Positions 39,488-50,927 of a stretch of 64,000 nt of DNA are shown in pieces. Within the stretch, counting starts at the first letter, position 1. Each line of letters starts with the position of its first letter. The position numbers and the translations under genes were made by a program. The DNA is from Opitutaceae bacterium. Lineage in GTDB: Bacteria > Verrucomicrobiota > Verrucomicrobiia > Opitutales > Coraliomargaritaceae. Under the pieces are notes generated by a model. The model had not been told where the DNA came from and searched no databases. It saw nothing but the letters and a program-made list of their open reading frames with translations. The stretch lies in contig JBPOFY010000006.1 in the NCBI GenBank assembly GCA_051252375.1, positions 64,001-128,000 on the forward strand, written 5' to 3'.

Positions 39488-40009
39488 ATGAAAAAATTCA
39501 TCCTTCGCCATTCGCTTTTCGCCATCCTCCTTTCTATAGTCCTCTTCACGACTGTAGGCTGCGAAACAGTGAAGTCCGCACTCTACGAACCCGTGCCTTA
39601 CGACGAAGTCGCCGCAGAGCAAAACATCACACTCGAAGAAGCCGCTGCTCTCGGCGTCGTTCGCCCAAAGACCTCGCTCGGACCTCTCATCGAGGCCGCC
39701 ACCTCCTTCAGTCCCGTCCCAGGCACCGCACCGCTCGCCAGCTTAGTCCTGAATGGAGCCCTCGCTATCGGAGCCGTTTGGCTAGGTAAGAAGAAACGCA
39801 CTAGCGACAAAGTCACGGCCAGCCTCATTCAAGGCATCGACACCTTTCGCGACGTCCTCGATCAAACGCCCCAGGGCGACAAGATTGACACCAAGCTCAA
39901 GGCAACCCTCCGTGAACACCAGAGCGCCCTTCAGGTTCAGAAAGAGATCACCAAACTCCTCGACCGCTACACAACGCCCACAAAAACGCCGATTGATATA
40001 GACAGTTAG
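39488..40009 (+). CDS. putative lipoprotein with additional TM segment
   Basis: Lipobox-like FTTVGC; second hydrophobic helix. Confidence 0.75.
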   Translation: MKKFILRHSLFAILLSIVLFTTVGCETVKSALYEPVPYDEVAAEQNITLEEAAALGVVRPKTSLGPLIEAATSFSPVPGTAPLASLVLNGALAIGAVWLGKKKRTSDKVTASLIQGIDTFRDVLDQTPQGDKIDTKLKATLREHQSALQVQKEITKLLDRYTTPTKTPIDIDS

Positions 40010-40081
40010 CGAGTTGCTCACAGTCCGTCTCCGACGAGTGGGAGGGACCCATTCTCGCCGGACCATGAACAACTCCGCAGC

Positions 40082-40252
40082 ATGAAACGGATTTACGAAC
40101 AAATCATCGACCTCCGCCCCGCGATCATCGGCACTGCTGGCACCGGTGCCACCGCATTTCTTGAAAGCGTCAACGCGGCCGTCGGCATCTTAGTAGGACT
40201 GGCTACGCTCGTTTACCTGATCGTCCGAATCCGTAAAGAGTTGATGAAGTGA
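40082..40252 (+). CDS. 56-aa membrane microprotein (holin-like), not in the ORF track
   Basis: MKRIYEQIIDLRPAIIGTAGTGATAFLESVNAAVGILVGLATLVYLIVRIRKELMK; hydrophobic helices plus a basic tail. Confidence 0.6.
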   Translation: MKRIYEQIIDLRPAIIGTAGTGATAFLESVNAAVGILVGLATLVYLIVRIRKELMK

Positions 40253-40370
40253 TTTTTAGGTCGTGGGGAATGCATATCGCTATTGTATTAATGTAGCAAT
40301 TACATACAAAAGACACTAGTGTATGTCTTTAATACTTGACTGGGTCTAGATGATTATTCATAGGTGGGGC

Positions 40371-40952
40371 ATGAACTACACGATTGATGAACCCTGCGAA
40401 GCTATAGAAGCTCAACTGAACGTCTTAGGTGACTACCTAGATCACAAATTCGCCGATGCGAGCGATGTTTCCTACGGGCGCTATCTGATCAAACAATACG
40501 ATCGATTAGAATCCGCTCAAAAACTACTGACCGCTCTCAAGGGAATCATCGATGATGTGCTCGAGGATGAAGACCTGAGGTCTTACAAAGAGTCAGAGGC
40601 AACAGAAGTCCGCAGTCCTCAACTTAGAAAGTTTTCCGTTTCGATATCGGAGGGCATGATTAAGCAAAATCTCCTTACTCTGACCGAAGCAAAGAAACGG
40701 GGATTGGTCAAAGAAGGAGAATACTTTACAATCACGCCTGACAGCGGTGAGAGATTTGAAACGAAATTACTATCTGCAGGAAACAGACTTCAAGAGCGGG
40801 GTAAGATAGCAGCCTTTTACAAAACTCATGCTGTTGAGGATGGTGATCGTGTCATCATGGAAGAAGTAAAGCCTGGTCACTGGAGGCTTTACTTGGACGA
40901 GGTCTACAGAAAAGCGCTAGCAAAGGCACTTGAAGATGTTTTGAATTTATAG
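40371..40952 (+). CDS. hypothetical protein
   Basis: About 193-aa ORF; start uncertain (40350 or 40371). Confidence 0.7.
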   Translation: MNYTIDEPCEAIEAQLNVLGDYLDHKFADASDVSYGRYLIKQYDRLESAQKLLTALKGIIDDVLEDEDLRSYKESEATEVRSPQLRKFSVSISEGMIKQNLLTLTEAKKRGLVKEGEYFTITPDSGERFETKLLSAGNRLQERGKIAAFYKTHAVEDGDRVIMEEVKPGHWRLYLDEVYRKALAKALEDVLNL

Positions 40953-41141
40953 GTCGGTGGCGCCGGGCGGAAGATGGCGCTGGGGAGTCCGGACACTCGG
41001 GATAAGCATTCAGGCCGCAGTGAATTGCTAAAAGCCCCAATAATCTTCCGACTGCGGAGAATTTATAACTAACAAAAGAGCCATAATGCGTAAAACGAAA
41101 CAACAATTCTCATGCTATGATCTGTGGAAGTAGGGTAATGC

Positions 41142-41660
41142 TTATATGGCAAAGCGACTTATCGGGTATTCTGCCATGAATTCTTTTATGAATGCCAGCG
41201 AAGCCTTCAACTTATTCGGGCAGTAGACGTCACCGTGAAACATAGGATTCCGCACATCGCAGATGTGTGTCTTTATACTCTCGTATTTCTCGCGTGATAG
41301 CACATTCGCACTTCTAAGCTTTTTTACTAAATTGAGCAGTCCACGTTTTGGCGGATCTGCTTTAAAGCGTAACGAGCACATTTCTGTTATGTGGCGCTCA
41401 AAAGCTGTGAAGGCCAGCATGCCAGCTACATCATTTTCTGTTGGCAAGAATTCGAATGCTCGGCTGAGTCGCTGTGCATTATCGTGATTCTTATCTTCGA
41501 TTAAAAATCGCTCGATTGTCTTTGAGCTGAAGGCATCGGGGGCGATTTCTTGAGACTTAAGGACTGAATATTGTCTCTTTAAATAAGTATAGCTAATCGC
41601 TGCGAGACCTATTGTTGCCGCGATGGATGCGATATAATGAATAGCTTTTCTCTTGCTCAT
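41142..41660 (-). CDS. TM-anchored HEPN-domain protein
   Basis: N-terminal hydrophobic helix, AFTAFE, Rx4H motif RNPMFH. Confidence 0.7.
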   Translation of the reverse strand: MSKRKAIHYIASIAATIGLAAISYTYLKRQYSVLKSQEIAPDAFSSKTIERFLIEDKNHDNAQRLSRAFEFLPTENDVAGMLAFTAFERHITEMCSLRFKADPPKRGLLNLVKKLRSANVLSREKYESIKTHICDVRNPMFHGDVYCPNKLKASLAFIKEFMAEYPISRFAI

Positions 41661-41760
41661 TTCGATGCACGTTATAACAATACCTTCGTTGTTATCAAGA
41701 GCTACATACTTGTGACGTGGGATTTCTTTTTCACGTTCAGTAACTCAACGAAAGATAACA

Positions 41761-41907
41761 ATGAAAGAAGATACATATATGATCGGTGCGCTCGATAAAG
41801 GGCCAGGTGGATTGCCTAGTAAGAATACAGGGAAGAAGTCTGGACCTGGTCGTGACGTCCGACCTCCTCGGCCGGGGAAGACACCTCCTCCAGCTAAGAA
41901 AAAATAA
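41761..41907 (+). CDS. 48-aa Gly/Pro/Lys-rich microprotein, not in the ORF track
   Basis: MKEDTYMIGALDKGPGGLPSKNTGKKSGPGRDVRPPRPGKTPPPAKKK. Confidence 0.5.
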   Translation: MKEDTYMIGALDKGPGGLPSKNTGKKSGPGRDVRPPRPGKTPPPAKKK

Positions 41908-41947
41908 GTAGCCTTCGACGGCCATCGGAGAAATCTGGTGGTCGTTT

Positions 41948-43222
41948 TTATTTCGTTGTTTTCGTCGCCACATATCGCCCATCCTTCTTCTCCATCTTGG
42001 GTAAGTCTTCACCTGCAGGCACAATCGACCAAAAAACGTCCGCCTCCTCGACGCTCTTGAGGTCAAGGTAGTGCTTGCGGATCACGGCTTCAGAATTGCC
42101 CGCCTGGAGCGAGGCATCGCCCACCGACCGGAAGGCCCCGACCGTCATTGAAATAAACGTGTGACGCATCACGTCATGCGTCAGTTCTCGTTTCTTTCGC
42201 ACATCCACCCATAGGTCACGGAAGCGGCGAGGCGGAATAATTGGGTATTCATCTAGTGGATACGCTTCCAGCCATTTCTTTAAGTTGGGCTGGATCTTCA
42301 CGGTGCGTTTCTCGTTCACCTTCGACGCCTCGGGCTCGATCAAGATCACTTCCGTATCGAATCGAAAGTCTTTCGCTTGCAGCTTCTTGATTTCGCCATC
42401 CTTCCAGTCGGGGCGAATGCCCGCGAACAAGGTTAGAGCATAGTAGGGCACCATGCAGCCAGGCTTTCCCCAGAACGTGCCGTCCTTGTTCTCCGGCCCT
42501 TTGTAGGTCTCCAGCCACTCCATGAAGTCGGAGGCTTCCTTGGCGCTCAGCGTGTCCGCTGTGCCGCGCGCCTTCTTCACTTTGAACTTTGGCACTTCGA
42601 GGATGACATCCTCAGCCACATACTTTTTCGAGAGGCAGTATTTAAAGAACGTGCTCAAGTAGCCCCGGCGATTGTTCCAGGTCTTGAGCGAGGGCACGGC
42701 TTTCGATCGACCGAGTGGGGCATCCAAATATTCCCGAATCTCGTCGGCGTGGATTTCGCCAACAATGCGATCAGCATAATAGCGACTAAACTTTCCCATT
42801 TCGATCCCGATCGCCCGTTCTTGGCGACGAGAGATCAGCCCGCGCTCAAACTCTTTGGTCTTCTCGCTGGTGTATTCTTCTACTGCCGCCTCGACCGACA
42901 TCGACTCAGCAGCTTCCTTGTAATGCTCAAGGAAGTATTTAACCGCGAACGTCAGAGGCTTGGTCGATCCAGAACGCTTGAGCATATTGACCGCCGCGAT
43001 CGCTTCACGGTTCTGGTCATGGGTGAGGGTAGTCCAGACCGTCTGGCCTTCGGACTCGCCGTTGAGAAATTCGATTTCAAGCTCTTGGCGGTATTCGGCA
43101 GCAGCCGAGCGCGTCTTGAAATTTTTACGGATGGACTTGCCATCGAGGGTCCCGGAAACCCGAAAAGCCTTCGTGCCGGAAGTGTTGACGAAGGGAGTTA
43201 TTTTGAAGCGGTGTTTGGACAT
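41948..43222 (-). CDS. tyrosine recombinase/integrase
   Basis: GIRP, SKV, HDVMRH, GNS, KHY catalytic residues; start at ATG 43222. Confidence 0.92.
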   Translation of the reverse strand: MSKHRFKITPFVNTSGTKAFRVSGTLDGKSIRKNFKTRSAAAEYRQELEIEFLNGESEGQTVWTTLTHDQNREAIAAVNMLKRSGSTKPLTFAVKYFLEHYKEAAESMSVEAAVEEYTSEKTKEFERGLISRRQERAIGIEMGKFSRYYADRIVGEIHADEIREYLDAPLGRSKAVPSLKTWNNRRGYLSTFFKYCLSKKYVAEDVILEVPKFKVKKARGTADTLSAKEASDFMEWLETYKGPENKDGTFWGKPGCMVPYYALTLFAGIRPDWKDGEIKKLQAKDFRFDTEVILIEPEASKVNEKRTVKIQPNLKKWLEAYPLDEYPIIPPRRFRDLWVDVRKKRELTHDVMRHTFISMTVGAFRSVGDASLQAGNSEAVIRKHYLDLKSVEEADVFWSIVPAGEDLPKMEKKDGRYVATKTTK

Positions 43223-43288
43223 GGTGGTAAAAAAGTTGTAGGTTTGAATCTGCAACTTTATGCCATACCCGCATAAACACTAGCCTAA

Positions 43289-43636
<348 letters not shown>

Positions 43637-43843
43637 TTTTGAAAAGCTGAAATCTGAAAGCTAAAAAGCTGACAGGTGGCTAATACCAAATTTTGGAATT
43701 TTTTGGAAAGAACTTGGTCCGCGTATTGCGGAGGTTCTCTCAAAGAACAGTCAGGTAATATGCTGTGGCTTGTTGGAAATAGCAAGCTTGGTGGTTGGCT
43801 TTTCTGTCTGGCTTTGGCGAGACTTTGAGTTACTCATCATTAT

Positions 43844-44341
43844 ATGCAATTTTCACGGCGTCGTTTTTTATGGGGAAGCCTCTTGGTGGGCTGTGCTTCG
43901 CTGGTGGGGCGTTTGCGGGGGCAGTCGGTCAGTTCGGATGATTTGACGTCTTGCATGCAAGCCTGGGTAGAGACTTTGGTGCCAACGGATGCTTTGAGTT
44001 CGGGGGCCGGGAGTCTGATGATTCACCTGAAAGTCATCGAGAAAGCGGATGGAAATACGCAGTATCGACGCTTGTTGGAGATGGGGGTGATTTGGGCGAA
44101 TGCCGCGGCGAAACGGCATGGTGCTACGAGCTTTGCAGCATTGAAACCGGAACAAGCCGAGGTAGTGGTCGCTGAAGCGGAAGCCTCAGGGCTTAACGCA
44201 GTATCCGGGTTGTTTTTTTATCATACTCTGCGTGATACGAAGTTTTATTATTACTTAGACGCGGCCTCTTGGCCTGGTGTGGGCTTCCCGCACACACCGC
44301 AACCTATGGGCTTTATGGATTTTACGGAGGCTCCGAAATGA
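43844..44341 (+). CDS. gluconate 2-dehydrogenase subunit 3-like protein (Tat substrate)
   Basis: SRRRFL twin-arginine signal; ETLVP..GA; YY..SW..GF. Confidence 0.75.
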   Translation: MQFSRRRFLWGSLLVGCASLVGRLRGQSVSSDDLTSCMQAWVETLVPTDALSSGAGSLMIHLKVIEKADGNTQYRRLLEMGVIWANAAAKRHGATSFAALKPEQAEVVVAEAEASGLNAVSGLFFYHTLRDTKFYYYLDAASWPGVGFPHTPQPMGFMDFTEAPK

Positions 44342-45978
44342 GTGCGCAGGAATACGATGTGGTGATCGTCGGCTCGGGTGCCGGTGGTGGGACGATGGCC
44401 TATGCGTTGTCGAAGCATAAGCTGCGCGTTTTGGTTTTAGAGGCGGGCCCAGTGTTTAATCCGTTTACTGATTTTAAACTGCACAAGACGAGTTGGGAGG
44501 CGCAGTATTTCCCTCATAAACCAACTTCGGAGGGGCGCTATATTTATGCTCCGATGCAGGCGTTGGACTCTAAATGGGATGATCTGCTTTCGTGGAATTC
44601 GATTATCGGACGTATGAACCGTAAGGGGCAGCGTGAGGCGTATAAGTATCATCATGTCCGCGGTGTGGGTGGTTCGACTTTAACGTTTACCGGAGAATCG
44701 CATCGTATGCATCCTGAAGCGATGGCGATGCAGTCGCGCTTCGGTGTGGCGGCGGACTGGCCGATGGATTATGCGGCATTGGAGCCTTTTTATTGCGAGG
44801 CAGAACGTGTGATTGGAGTGGCTGGTCCAGAAGCGGCTGACGTGCGTTGGCGCAGTGAGCCTTATCCGCAACCGGCGCACCCTTTGAGCTATGCGAGTCA
44901 GCACACCAAGACGGCGGCCGAGTCGTTGGGACTTTCATGGGAGCCGAATGCACGGGCAGCATTGTCAAAGTCGATGGATGGGCGCCCGAGTTGTAACTAT
45001 TGCGGGAATTGCACCCGTGGTTGTCCACGCACGGACAAAGGTAGTGTGGATGTGACCTTCATGCGCAAAGCCACGGCGAGTGGTTTTTGCACGGTGCGCA
45101 CGGGTGTGACAGTGACGCGGATCGAATCGACTAAGAGTGATACGGTGCGCGGGGTGCATGTTGTGAATGCGGAAGGAGCGGCTGAATTTATCGAGACGGC
45201 ACAGCTGGTTGTTTCTTGTGGTGCGGTCGAGACCCCGCGTTTGCTGTTAGTCTCAGATGGTCTGGCGAATGAGTCGGGGCTAGTTGGGCGCAACTTCATG
45301 GAAACGCTGTCGTGGTCCTGTAGTGGTTTGAGTGAGACACCGCTCGGCAGTTATCGCGGTTTGCCGGCTGATAGTGTTTGTTGGGATTTTAATGCGCCCG
45401 ATGCAGTTGATGGGATCATCGGCGGATGTCGTTTTTCAGAAGGTGTGCATGAGGCGGGCTTGAATGGTCCTCAGTCCTATGCCAATCGTGTGATTGGTGG
45501 TTGGGGAAAGGCGCATAAGGAAGCGATGCGCGAAGCCTTTGGTAATGTGCTGACAATTGCTGCAATAGGGGAGTCGCTGCCGAATGCGGGTAGCTACGTC
45601 GATTTGGATCCGGAGGCGGTGGACGCGAATGGAATACCTTTAGCGCGGATACATAGTGAGCTTGAAGAGTCAGAACTGAAGCGTCTGCAGTTCATGGCGA
45701 ACAAATCACGCGAAATCGTTCAAGCAGCAGGAGTGAAGAAACTCGTCGAAGAGTATGGGAGCTACGATTATTTCAGCAGCACGCACGTCTTTGGCACCTG
45801 CCTTATGGGCACCGATGCTTCGACTTCGGTGGTGGACTCGTATGGACGAAGCCATCGCTATAAGAATTTGACGCTGATGGATGCGAGTATCTTTCCGAGT
45901 TCTGGCGGGGGCGAGTCGCCTTCACTGACGATTGAGGCGCTGGCTTTAAGAAGTGCGCAGCAGTTTGTTCGCGGGTGA
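44338..45978 (+). CDS. GMC family oxidoreductase
   Basis: DVVIVGSGAGG, LEAG, GVGGST, CNYCGNC..GC, HVFGTC. Confidence 0.9.
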   Translation: MSAQEYDVVIVGSGAGGGTMAYALSKHKLRVLVLEAGPVFNPFTDFKLHKTSWEAQYFPHKPTSEGRYIYAPMQALDSKWDDLLSWNSIIGRMNRKGQREAYKYHHVRGVGGSTLTFTGESHRMHPEAMAMQSRFGVAADWPMDYAALEPFYCEAERVIGVAGPEAADVRWRSEPYPQPAHPLSYASQHTKTAAESLGLSWEPNARAALSKSMDGRPSCNYCGNCTRGCPRTDKGSVDVTFMRKATASGFCTVRTGVTVTRIESTKSDTVRGVHVVNAEGAAEFIETAQLVVSCGAVETPRLLLVSDGLANESGLVGRNFMETLSWSCSGLSETPLGSYRGLPADSVCWDFNAPDAVDGIIGGCRFSEGVHEAGLNGPQSYANRVIGGWGKAHKEAMREAFGNVLTIAAIGESLPNAGSYVDLDPEAVDANGIPLARIHSELEESELKRLQFMANKSREIVQAAGVKKLVEEYGSYDYFSSTHVFGTCLMGTDASTSVVDSYGRSHRYKNLTLMDASIFPSSGGGESPSLTIEALALRSAQQFVRG

Positions 45979-46071
45979 GGGGAATGAGGGTTGGTAGATG
46001 AATCGGCAATGGGATGGCGGTCGGGGCGACCGCCGCTACCTTTGGACAGCCGGTGATGATGGAACATATTT

Positions 46072-46141
46072 GGTAGGGACGCCTGCCCCTAGGCGTCCGC
46101 TTTTCTTCAGCATCGGACGCCTGAGGGCAGGCGTCCCTACC
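46072..46141. repeat. inverted REP doublet
   Basis: ggtagggacgcctgccc...gggcaggcgtccctacc. Confidence 0.75.
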
Positions 46142-46255
46142 TTTATTAAACAGATCACGTCACAGAGTGACGTGGCTACAGCATTCGTATAATTGCTTGT
46201 ATGGGGATTATTGACGGTGGGCGGCGATGACGGAGCATCGCCCTCCAGTAGGCTA

Positions 46256-46519
46256 TTATTGCTCTTTTGACTGCGCGGCTAGGAGCTCTTTGAGGGCTTC
46301 TTTTTTGCTGGGGTCGAGTTTTGGGCGGGCGGCTTCGATCTCTTCTTCGTGTTCGCGGAAGCAGCGGCACATATCCTGCGATTCCATGACCTGTTTGTTG
46401 AATTTTCCGCAGAAAAAGCAGAGTTTTACGTGCAACTTTAGGAAGAACTTTCGCATCGGTGAAAGCTTTTCGTAGTCCTCTTTGGATAAAGATTGGGAGA
46501 CTTGTTTACAGGTAAGCAT
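46256..46519 (-). CDS. zinc-finger (HxxxCxxC) anti-sigma factor
   Basis: MLTC..HVKLCFFC, downstream of the ECF sigma gene. Confidence 0.85.
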   Translation of the reverse strand: MLTCKQVSQSLSKEDYEKLSPMRKFFLKLHVKLCFFCGKFNKQVMESQDMCRCFREHEEEIEAARPKLDPSKKEALKELLAAQSKEQ

Positions 46520-46530
46520 TTAGTATTGAA

Positions 46531-47124
46531 TTAGTTAGCGTCTTTTCCGGTCCATTTAGCTTCGAGCGACACTTTGAGTTGTTCTCTCGCTCGATGCAAT
46601 AAAACCCAGAGATAATTCGGAGTTACATCCATAACCTTACAAACTTCTTCAGTAGTTTGATCTTCAAGCACTCGCAGGACAAAGGCTTCGCGAGCGGGAT
46701 CTTTGACTTCGTCGATACATTCTTGGAAAACGACCCAGAATTCGGTGTTGTCGTAATATTTACGTGGATTGAATTGCCATGGGTCTGGGTTGGTCGTGGC
46801 GATACCGCTGTATTTGAACCAGAAACTTTCCAAGAGGCTTTCGTCTTCGGCGTCGATATCGACTTTGTTTTCTTTGATCGATTTACGGATTTGATCGACG
46901 ATTTTGTTGCGCATGATGCCGCGCAGCCAGAACTTGATGTCGCGACTGCCGTCGAATCGTTCGAGTGCTTTGATGCCGGCTAGAAAGGTGTCCTGCACGC
47001 AGTCGGCTGCGGCTTCGGGGTTGCGCAAGCGCGACATGGCAAAACCATACAGGTAGTCGCCATAGCGATCCACCCATGTCTCGGGTGGGGCGATTTCAAC
47101 TGCTGGTTGTTTGGGATTGGTCAT
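46531..47124 (-). CDS. ECF sigma-70 factor
   Basis: DCVQDTFL, WLRGIMRNK, WVLLHRAR. Confidence 0.92.
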   Translation of the reverse strand: MTNPKQPAVEIAPPETWVDRYGDYLYGFAMSRLRNPEAAADCVQDTFLAGIKALERFDGSRDIKFWLRGIMRNKIVDQIRKSIKENKVDIDAEDESLLESFWFKYSGIATTNPDPWQFNPRKYYDNTEFWVVFQECIDEVKDPAREAFVLRVLEDQTTEEVCKVMDVTPNYLWVLLHRAREQLKVSLEAKWTGKDAN

Positions 47125-47148
47125 GCTTTATGTGCAGTTTGCCGATTG

Positions 47149-48897
47149 TTATTCGGAGTGCACTGTTTTTGCCTGTTTATCATATAGGCTCCGATAGAGC
47201 TCATTGGTAGGATAAAGTTCCTTGTGTGGTCCGGTTGCGATGATCTCGCCTTCGTTGAACACGAGTATGCGATCCGCATGTTGAATCGTGCTGAAGCGGT
47301 GCGCAATAATCAGGACGGTGCGACCTTTGGAGAGTGTCTCCAGTGCTGCCTGGATTTGGTGCTCACTTTCTGCATCCAGCGCGGAGGTGGGCTCGTCGAG
47401 GATGATGATTGGAGCATCCTTCAGGAATGCACGCGCGATGGAGACGCGTTGGCGTTGCCCGCCTGATAGGCGAGAGCCGCGCTCACCGACTTCTGTATCG
47501 TAGCCGTCATCTTGTGCTTCAATGAAGTCGTGTGCGTTGGCCATACGGGCGGCCTCGTGGATTTCTTCGATCGTCGCGTCGGGTTTGCCGATACGTATAT
47601 TGTTGGCGATGGAATCGCTGAAGAGAATGGCCTCCTGCGAGACGAGTGCGACCTGGCCGCGCAGATCAGATTTCAGGACATCTTTGATGTCGACGCCATC
47701 GATCAGTATCGAGCCCTCGATTGGGTCGTAAAAGCGCGGCACTAAGTTTGCGAAAGTGGATTTACCTGCACCACTGGGACCGACTAGCGCAATGACTTCG
47801 CCGGCTTCAATTTTGACGTTCACGGATTTTAAGACGACCTCTTCGTCGTAACTGAAGTTTACATTCTTAAATGAGATGTCCTTGCTTATCCTAGGAAGGG
47901 GTTGTGGTTCTTGAGTCTCCGGGACGGTGTCTTCTGTATGTAGAATGTATTCGAGGCGATCGAGTGAGGCTTCGGCTTGGCGAACGGAATTGGAGACTGC
48001 GCCTAATTTCTTGATTGGTTCGTAGCACATATAGAGTGCGGTGAGAATCGAGGCGATGACTTCAGGCTGTATGTTTTTTACGATCGCAATGTAGAGCGTG
48101 AAGACGATGGCAATGGCAGAAACTAGCTCAATTAAAGGCGTCAGAATCTTATTATACTTTACGGTCTTCAGTGTGTATTTGAAAAAGGCCACACAAGCAT
48201 TGGAGAAGCGGTCGATTTCCTTTTGTTCTAAGCTATATGCTCGAACTTCACGAGTGGATGAAAAGTTTTCGTTGAGAATACCGTTTAGTTCACCGGCCTG
48301 TGCTTGGGCTTGTCCTGCTTTCTTTAATATTTTCTTGCCGATCACTTTAATCGGAAGGACGCATGCGGGCACTGTCGCAATGGCGATGAGCATGAAGATC
48401 GCTTCTGATTCTGTGACTGACAGATAGATCAGAAAGCTAATTGCGCTGATCAGTGTCGCCGGCTCTTTAATCAAACTATTGACCGAAGTGATGATGGCAG
48501 TTTGCAGAACAGTTGTATCACCGACGACCCGACTCATGAGGTCACCTACATTGTTTTTACTGAAGAACGAGAGTGGGAGAAATTGAATTTTCTTAAACAC
48601 CATTGCACGCACTTGTTCCAGCACGTGCATGCCCGCAAACGCCATATAGTAGGCGTTTAGGAACGTCCCTGCTGCGCGGAGTGCAAATACAACTGGGATC
48701 GACGCTAAAATGAGGGCAAGTGTGGCACCCGTTGGTGCATCATCGCTCGTGACCAATGGCACGAGGAATTTAATCACGAAAGGTAAGCCAGCGCCTGAGG
48801 CCGCGGCTGCGATAATGCCACAGAACAAGCCGAACCCGAACTGGAGGCGGACGGGCTTTAATAAACTAAAATACGGGCCGAAGCGTTTACGTAACAT
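47149..48897 (-). CDS. msbA: MsbA-like ABC transporter (permease + ATPase)
   Basis: TM domain, [24 protein letters not shown] gene context. Confidence 0.85.
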   Translation of the reverse strand: MLRKRFGPYFSLLKPVRLQFGFGLFCGIIAAAASGAGLPFVIKFLVPLVTSDDAPTGATLALILASIPVVFALRAAGTFLNAYYMAFAGMHVLEQVRAMVFKKIQFLPLSFFSKNNVGDLMSRVVGDTTVLQTAIITSVNSLIKEPATLISAISFLIYLSVTESEAIFMLIAIATVPACVLPIKVIGKKILKKAGQAQAQAGELNGILNENFSSTREVRAYSLEQKEIDRFSNACVAFFKYTLKTVKYNKILTPLIELVSAIAIVFTLYIAIVKNIQPEVIASILTALYMCYEPIKKLGAVSNSVRQAEASLDRLEYILHTEDTVPETQEPQPLPRISKDISFKNVNFSYDEEVVLKSVNVKIEAGEVIALVGPSGAGKSTFANLVPRFYDPIEGSILIDGVDIKDVLKSDLRGQVALVSQEAILFSDSIANNIRIGKPDATIEEIHEAARMANAHDFIEAQDDGYDTEVGERGSRLSGGQRQRVSIARAFLKDAPIIILDEPTSALDAESEHQIQAALETLSKGRTVLIIAHRFSTIQHADRILVFNEGEIIATGPHKELYPTNELYRSLYDKQAKTVHSE

Positions 48898-49039
48898 TAC
48901 TTAAGGAGCTTGATAAGACGGTTCTATCGATAAATATTCTTAGAGAATAATCATCTATTCATCACAGAACTCGTTAATTGTGTCGAGAGTCATTCTGGGG
49001 ATGTCCATTGTGAGATAAACGCTTTCTAATACACCATTT

Positions 49040-49960
49040 ATGTCAACTTCCCGCAAACCTGAGGCCGATCGCTTTAAAGGCACTTCTAAGTGGTTTCAGT
49101 ATATATTCGCACGAGTCCTGGTTACACTGATCCAGTGTCTCCCGTTGGGCTTCGCTTTTCGGTTAGGGCGGGGCATTGGTTACATTTGTTGGAAGCTGTT
49201 GAAACGTCGGCGCTTGGTCGTCGAAAGAAATCTAACAATTATTAATCAGTGGAATCCGCAGGTAAGTGACTTGCCCATCGCTGAGCAAGTTCGCGAAGTT
49301 TTTCAGCGCTCGGGCGCGAATCTGATCGCAGGTTTCCCGCTGTCCAAACTCAGCTCGACCCGTATGGAGCAACACCTTGAAGTTCAAGGTTCAGAGCACC
49401 TGAAGAATCTAATAGCCGAAGGTAAGGGCGCGATAATGTTGTTGGCTCACATGGGGCCTTGGGAGGCTTTAGCGCATCTGCCTAAACTGGCAGAAGCTAG
49501 AGATATTCACGCTCCACTAGCTTCGATGTATCGCCCTTTGAATAATACTTATCTCGACAATTGGTTACGGAAGGAGCGAGAGGCGATGGGGACACGCTTA
49601 TTCAGCCGTAAGGATGGCTTCCATAAGCCAGTCGATTTTTTGAAGCAGGGCGGTGTGCTCGGGATACTTGCCGATCAAAAAATGCGAGAAGGTGCGGTCG
49701 CGTCTTATTTCGGTGTCGATGTGCCCTCATCACCGATCCCCGGATTGTTTCAGCGTCGAACAGGAGCTGGCTTTCTGGCCTTATCGATTGAGACGGTAGC
49801 ACCTGTTAAATGGCGGATCACAATTAATCCAGTAGACCTCGCCGCCTTAGATGGCGAAGTGACTCGTGAGGCATATACTGCTGTCTGTAACCATGCGCTA
49901 GAGCAGGCGCTGAGCCGCAGTATCTTGGACGGATTTTGGTTTCACAAACGGTTTGTTTGA
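49040..49960 (+). CDS. lipid A biosynthesis acyltransferase (LpxL/HtrB family)
   Basis: AHMGPWE, YRPLNN, ILADQ, WFHKR. Confidence 0.88.
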   Translation: MSTSRKPEADRFKGTSKWFQYIFARVLVTLIQCLPLGFAFRLGRGIGYICWKLLKRRRLVVERNLTIINQWNPQVSDLPIAEQVREVFQRSGANLIAGFPLSKLSSTRMEQHLEVQGSEHLKNLIAEGKGAIMLLAHMGPWEALAHLPKLAEARDIHAPLASMYRPLNNTYLDNWLRKEREAMGTRLFSRKDGFHKPVDFLKQGGVLGILADQKMREGAVASYFGVDVPSSPIPGLFQRRTGAGFLALSIETVAPVKWRITINPVDLAALDGEVTREAYTAVCNHALEQALSRSILDGFWFHKRFV

Positions 49961-50120
49961 GTGATAGCTTTGGCTTCGAAAACGATTTGGTTGAAGGTTT
50001 TTGATAGTTCGGGGAACAAACTTTATAGTGTTAAGTATTGTGAAATTACTATTTTTAAAATTTCATTTACTCATAATCAAAAAAATCCCCTGTAACTAGC
50101 AGAACCATCGGATACTAATT

Positions 50121-50927
50121 ATGTCAAATTTTATAAAAAATTGTAGGCTTCGCGTAGCTTCATTGGCTAATAAATTTATAGTCGATCAAACTAAGGAAAG
50201 CCAGATCCGTTCACTAATTACTTCTTTGCATCCGATCGTATACGATAAGAAGCTCATTCGTATTGGATCGCCCACGGATGGTGGTTATTTAGTTCCTGAT
50301 GATCTAGAGGGCATAGAGCACTGCTTTTCGCCCGGGGTAGCTGATGCTTCTGACTTGGAGTATGAATGTGCAGAGAGAGGGATGGGGGTCTTTATGGCGG
50401 ATAAATCGGTTGATCAGCCAGCAGTTCCACATCAGCGCTTTCACTTTACCAAAAAATATATTGGGGTGACGACAAATGATACGTTCATGACGCTCGACGA
50501 TTGGGTTGCCACTTCTGTTTCTGATCGCGAAAGCGAACTGTTTCTTCAGATCGATATCGAAGGCTTTGAATATGAAGTATTTTTGGCCGCTTCAGATCAG
50601 TTAATGCGGCGTTTTAGAATCATCGTTGCTGAGTTCCACCGTTTGGATCAATTCTGGGGGAAGCCGTTTTTTGGAGTGGCATCGAGAGCCATTGAAAAGA
50701 TTTTACAAACACACTACTGTGTGCACTCGCATCCCAATAATTGGAGGGGCTCTGTCAGAAAGGGAGATATTGATATCCCGATAAACATGGAGTTCACATT
50801 TGTGCGCAAAGATCGGGTTGATGATTTTACTTACGCTGTAGATTTCCCCCATCCCCTAGATATCGATAATGTAAGCAGTATCCCTTCTCTGGTATTGCCC
50901 CCTTGTTGGTATCGGAGGAATGGTTAG
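50121..50927 (+). CDS. FkbM-like methyltransferase
   Basis: RIGSPTDGGY, SPGV, QIDIEGFE, EFH. Confidence 0.8.
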   Translation: MSNFIKNCRLRVASLANKFIVDQTKESQIRSLITSLHPIVYDKKLIRIGSPTDGGYLVPDDLEGIEHCFSPGVADASDLEYECAERGMGVFMADKSVDQPAVPHQRFHFTKKYIGVTTNDTFMTLDDWVATSVSDRESELFLQIDIEGFEYEVFLAASDQLMRRFRIIVAEFHRLDQFWGKPFFGVASRAIEKILQTHYCVHSHPNNWRGSVRKGDIDIPINMEFTFVRKDRVDDFTYAVDFPHPLDIDNVSSIPSLVLPPCWYRRNG

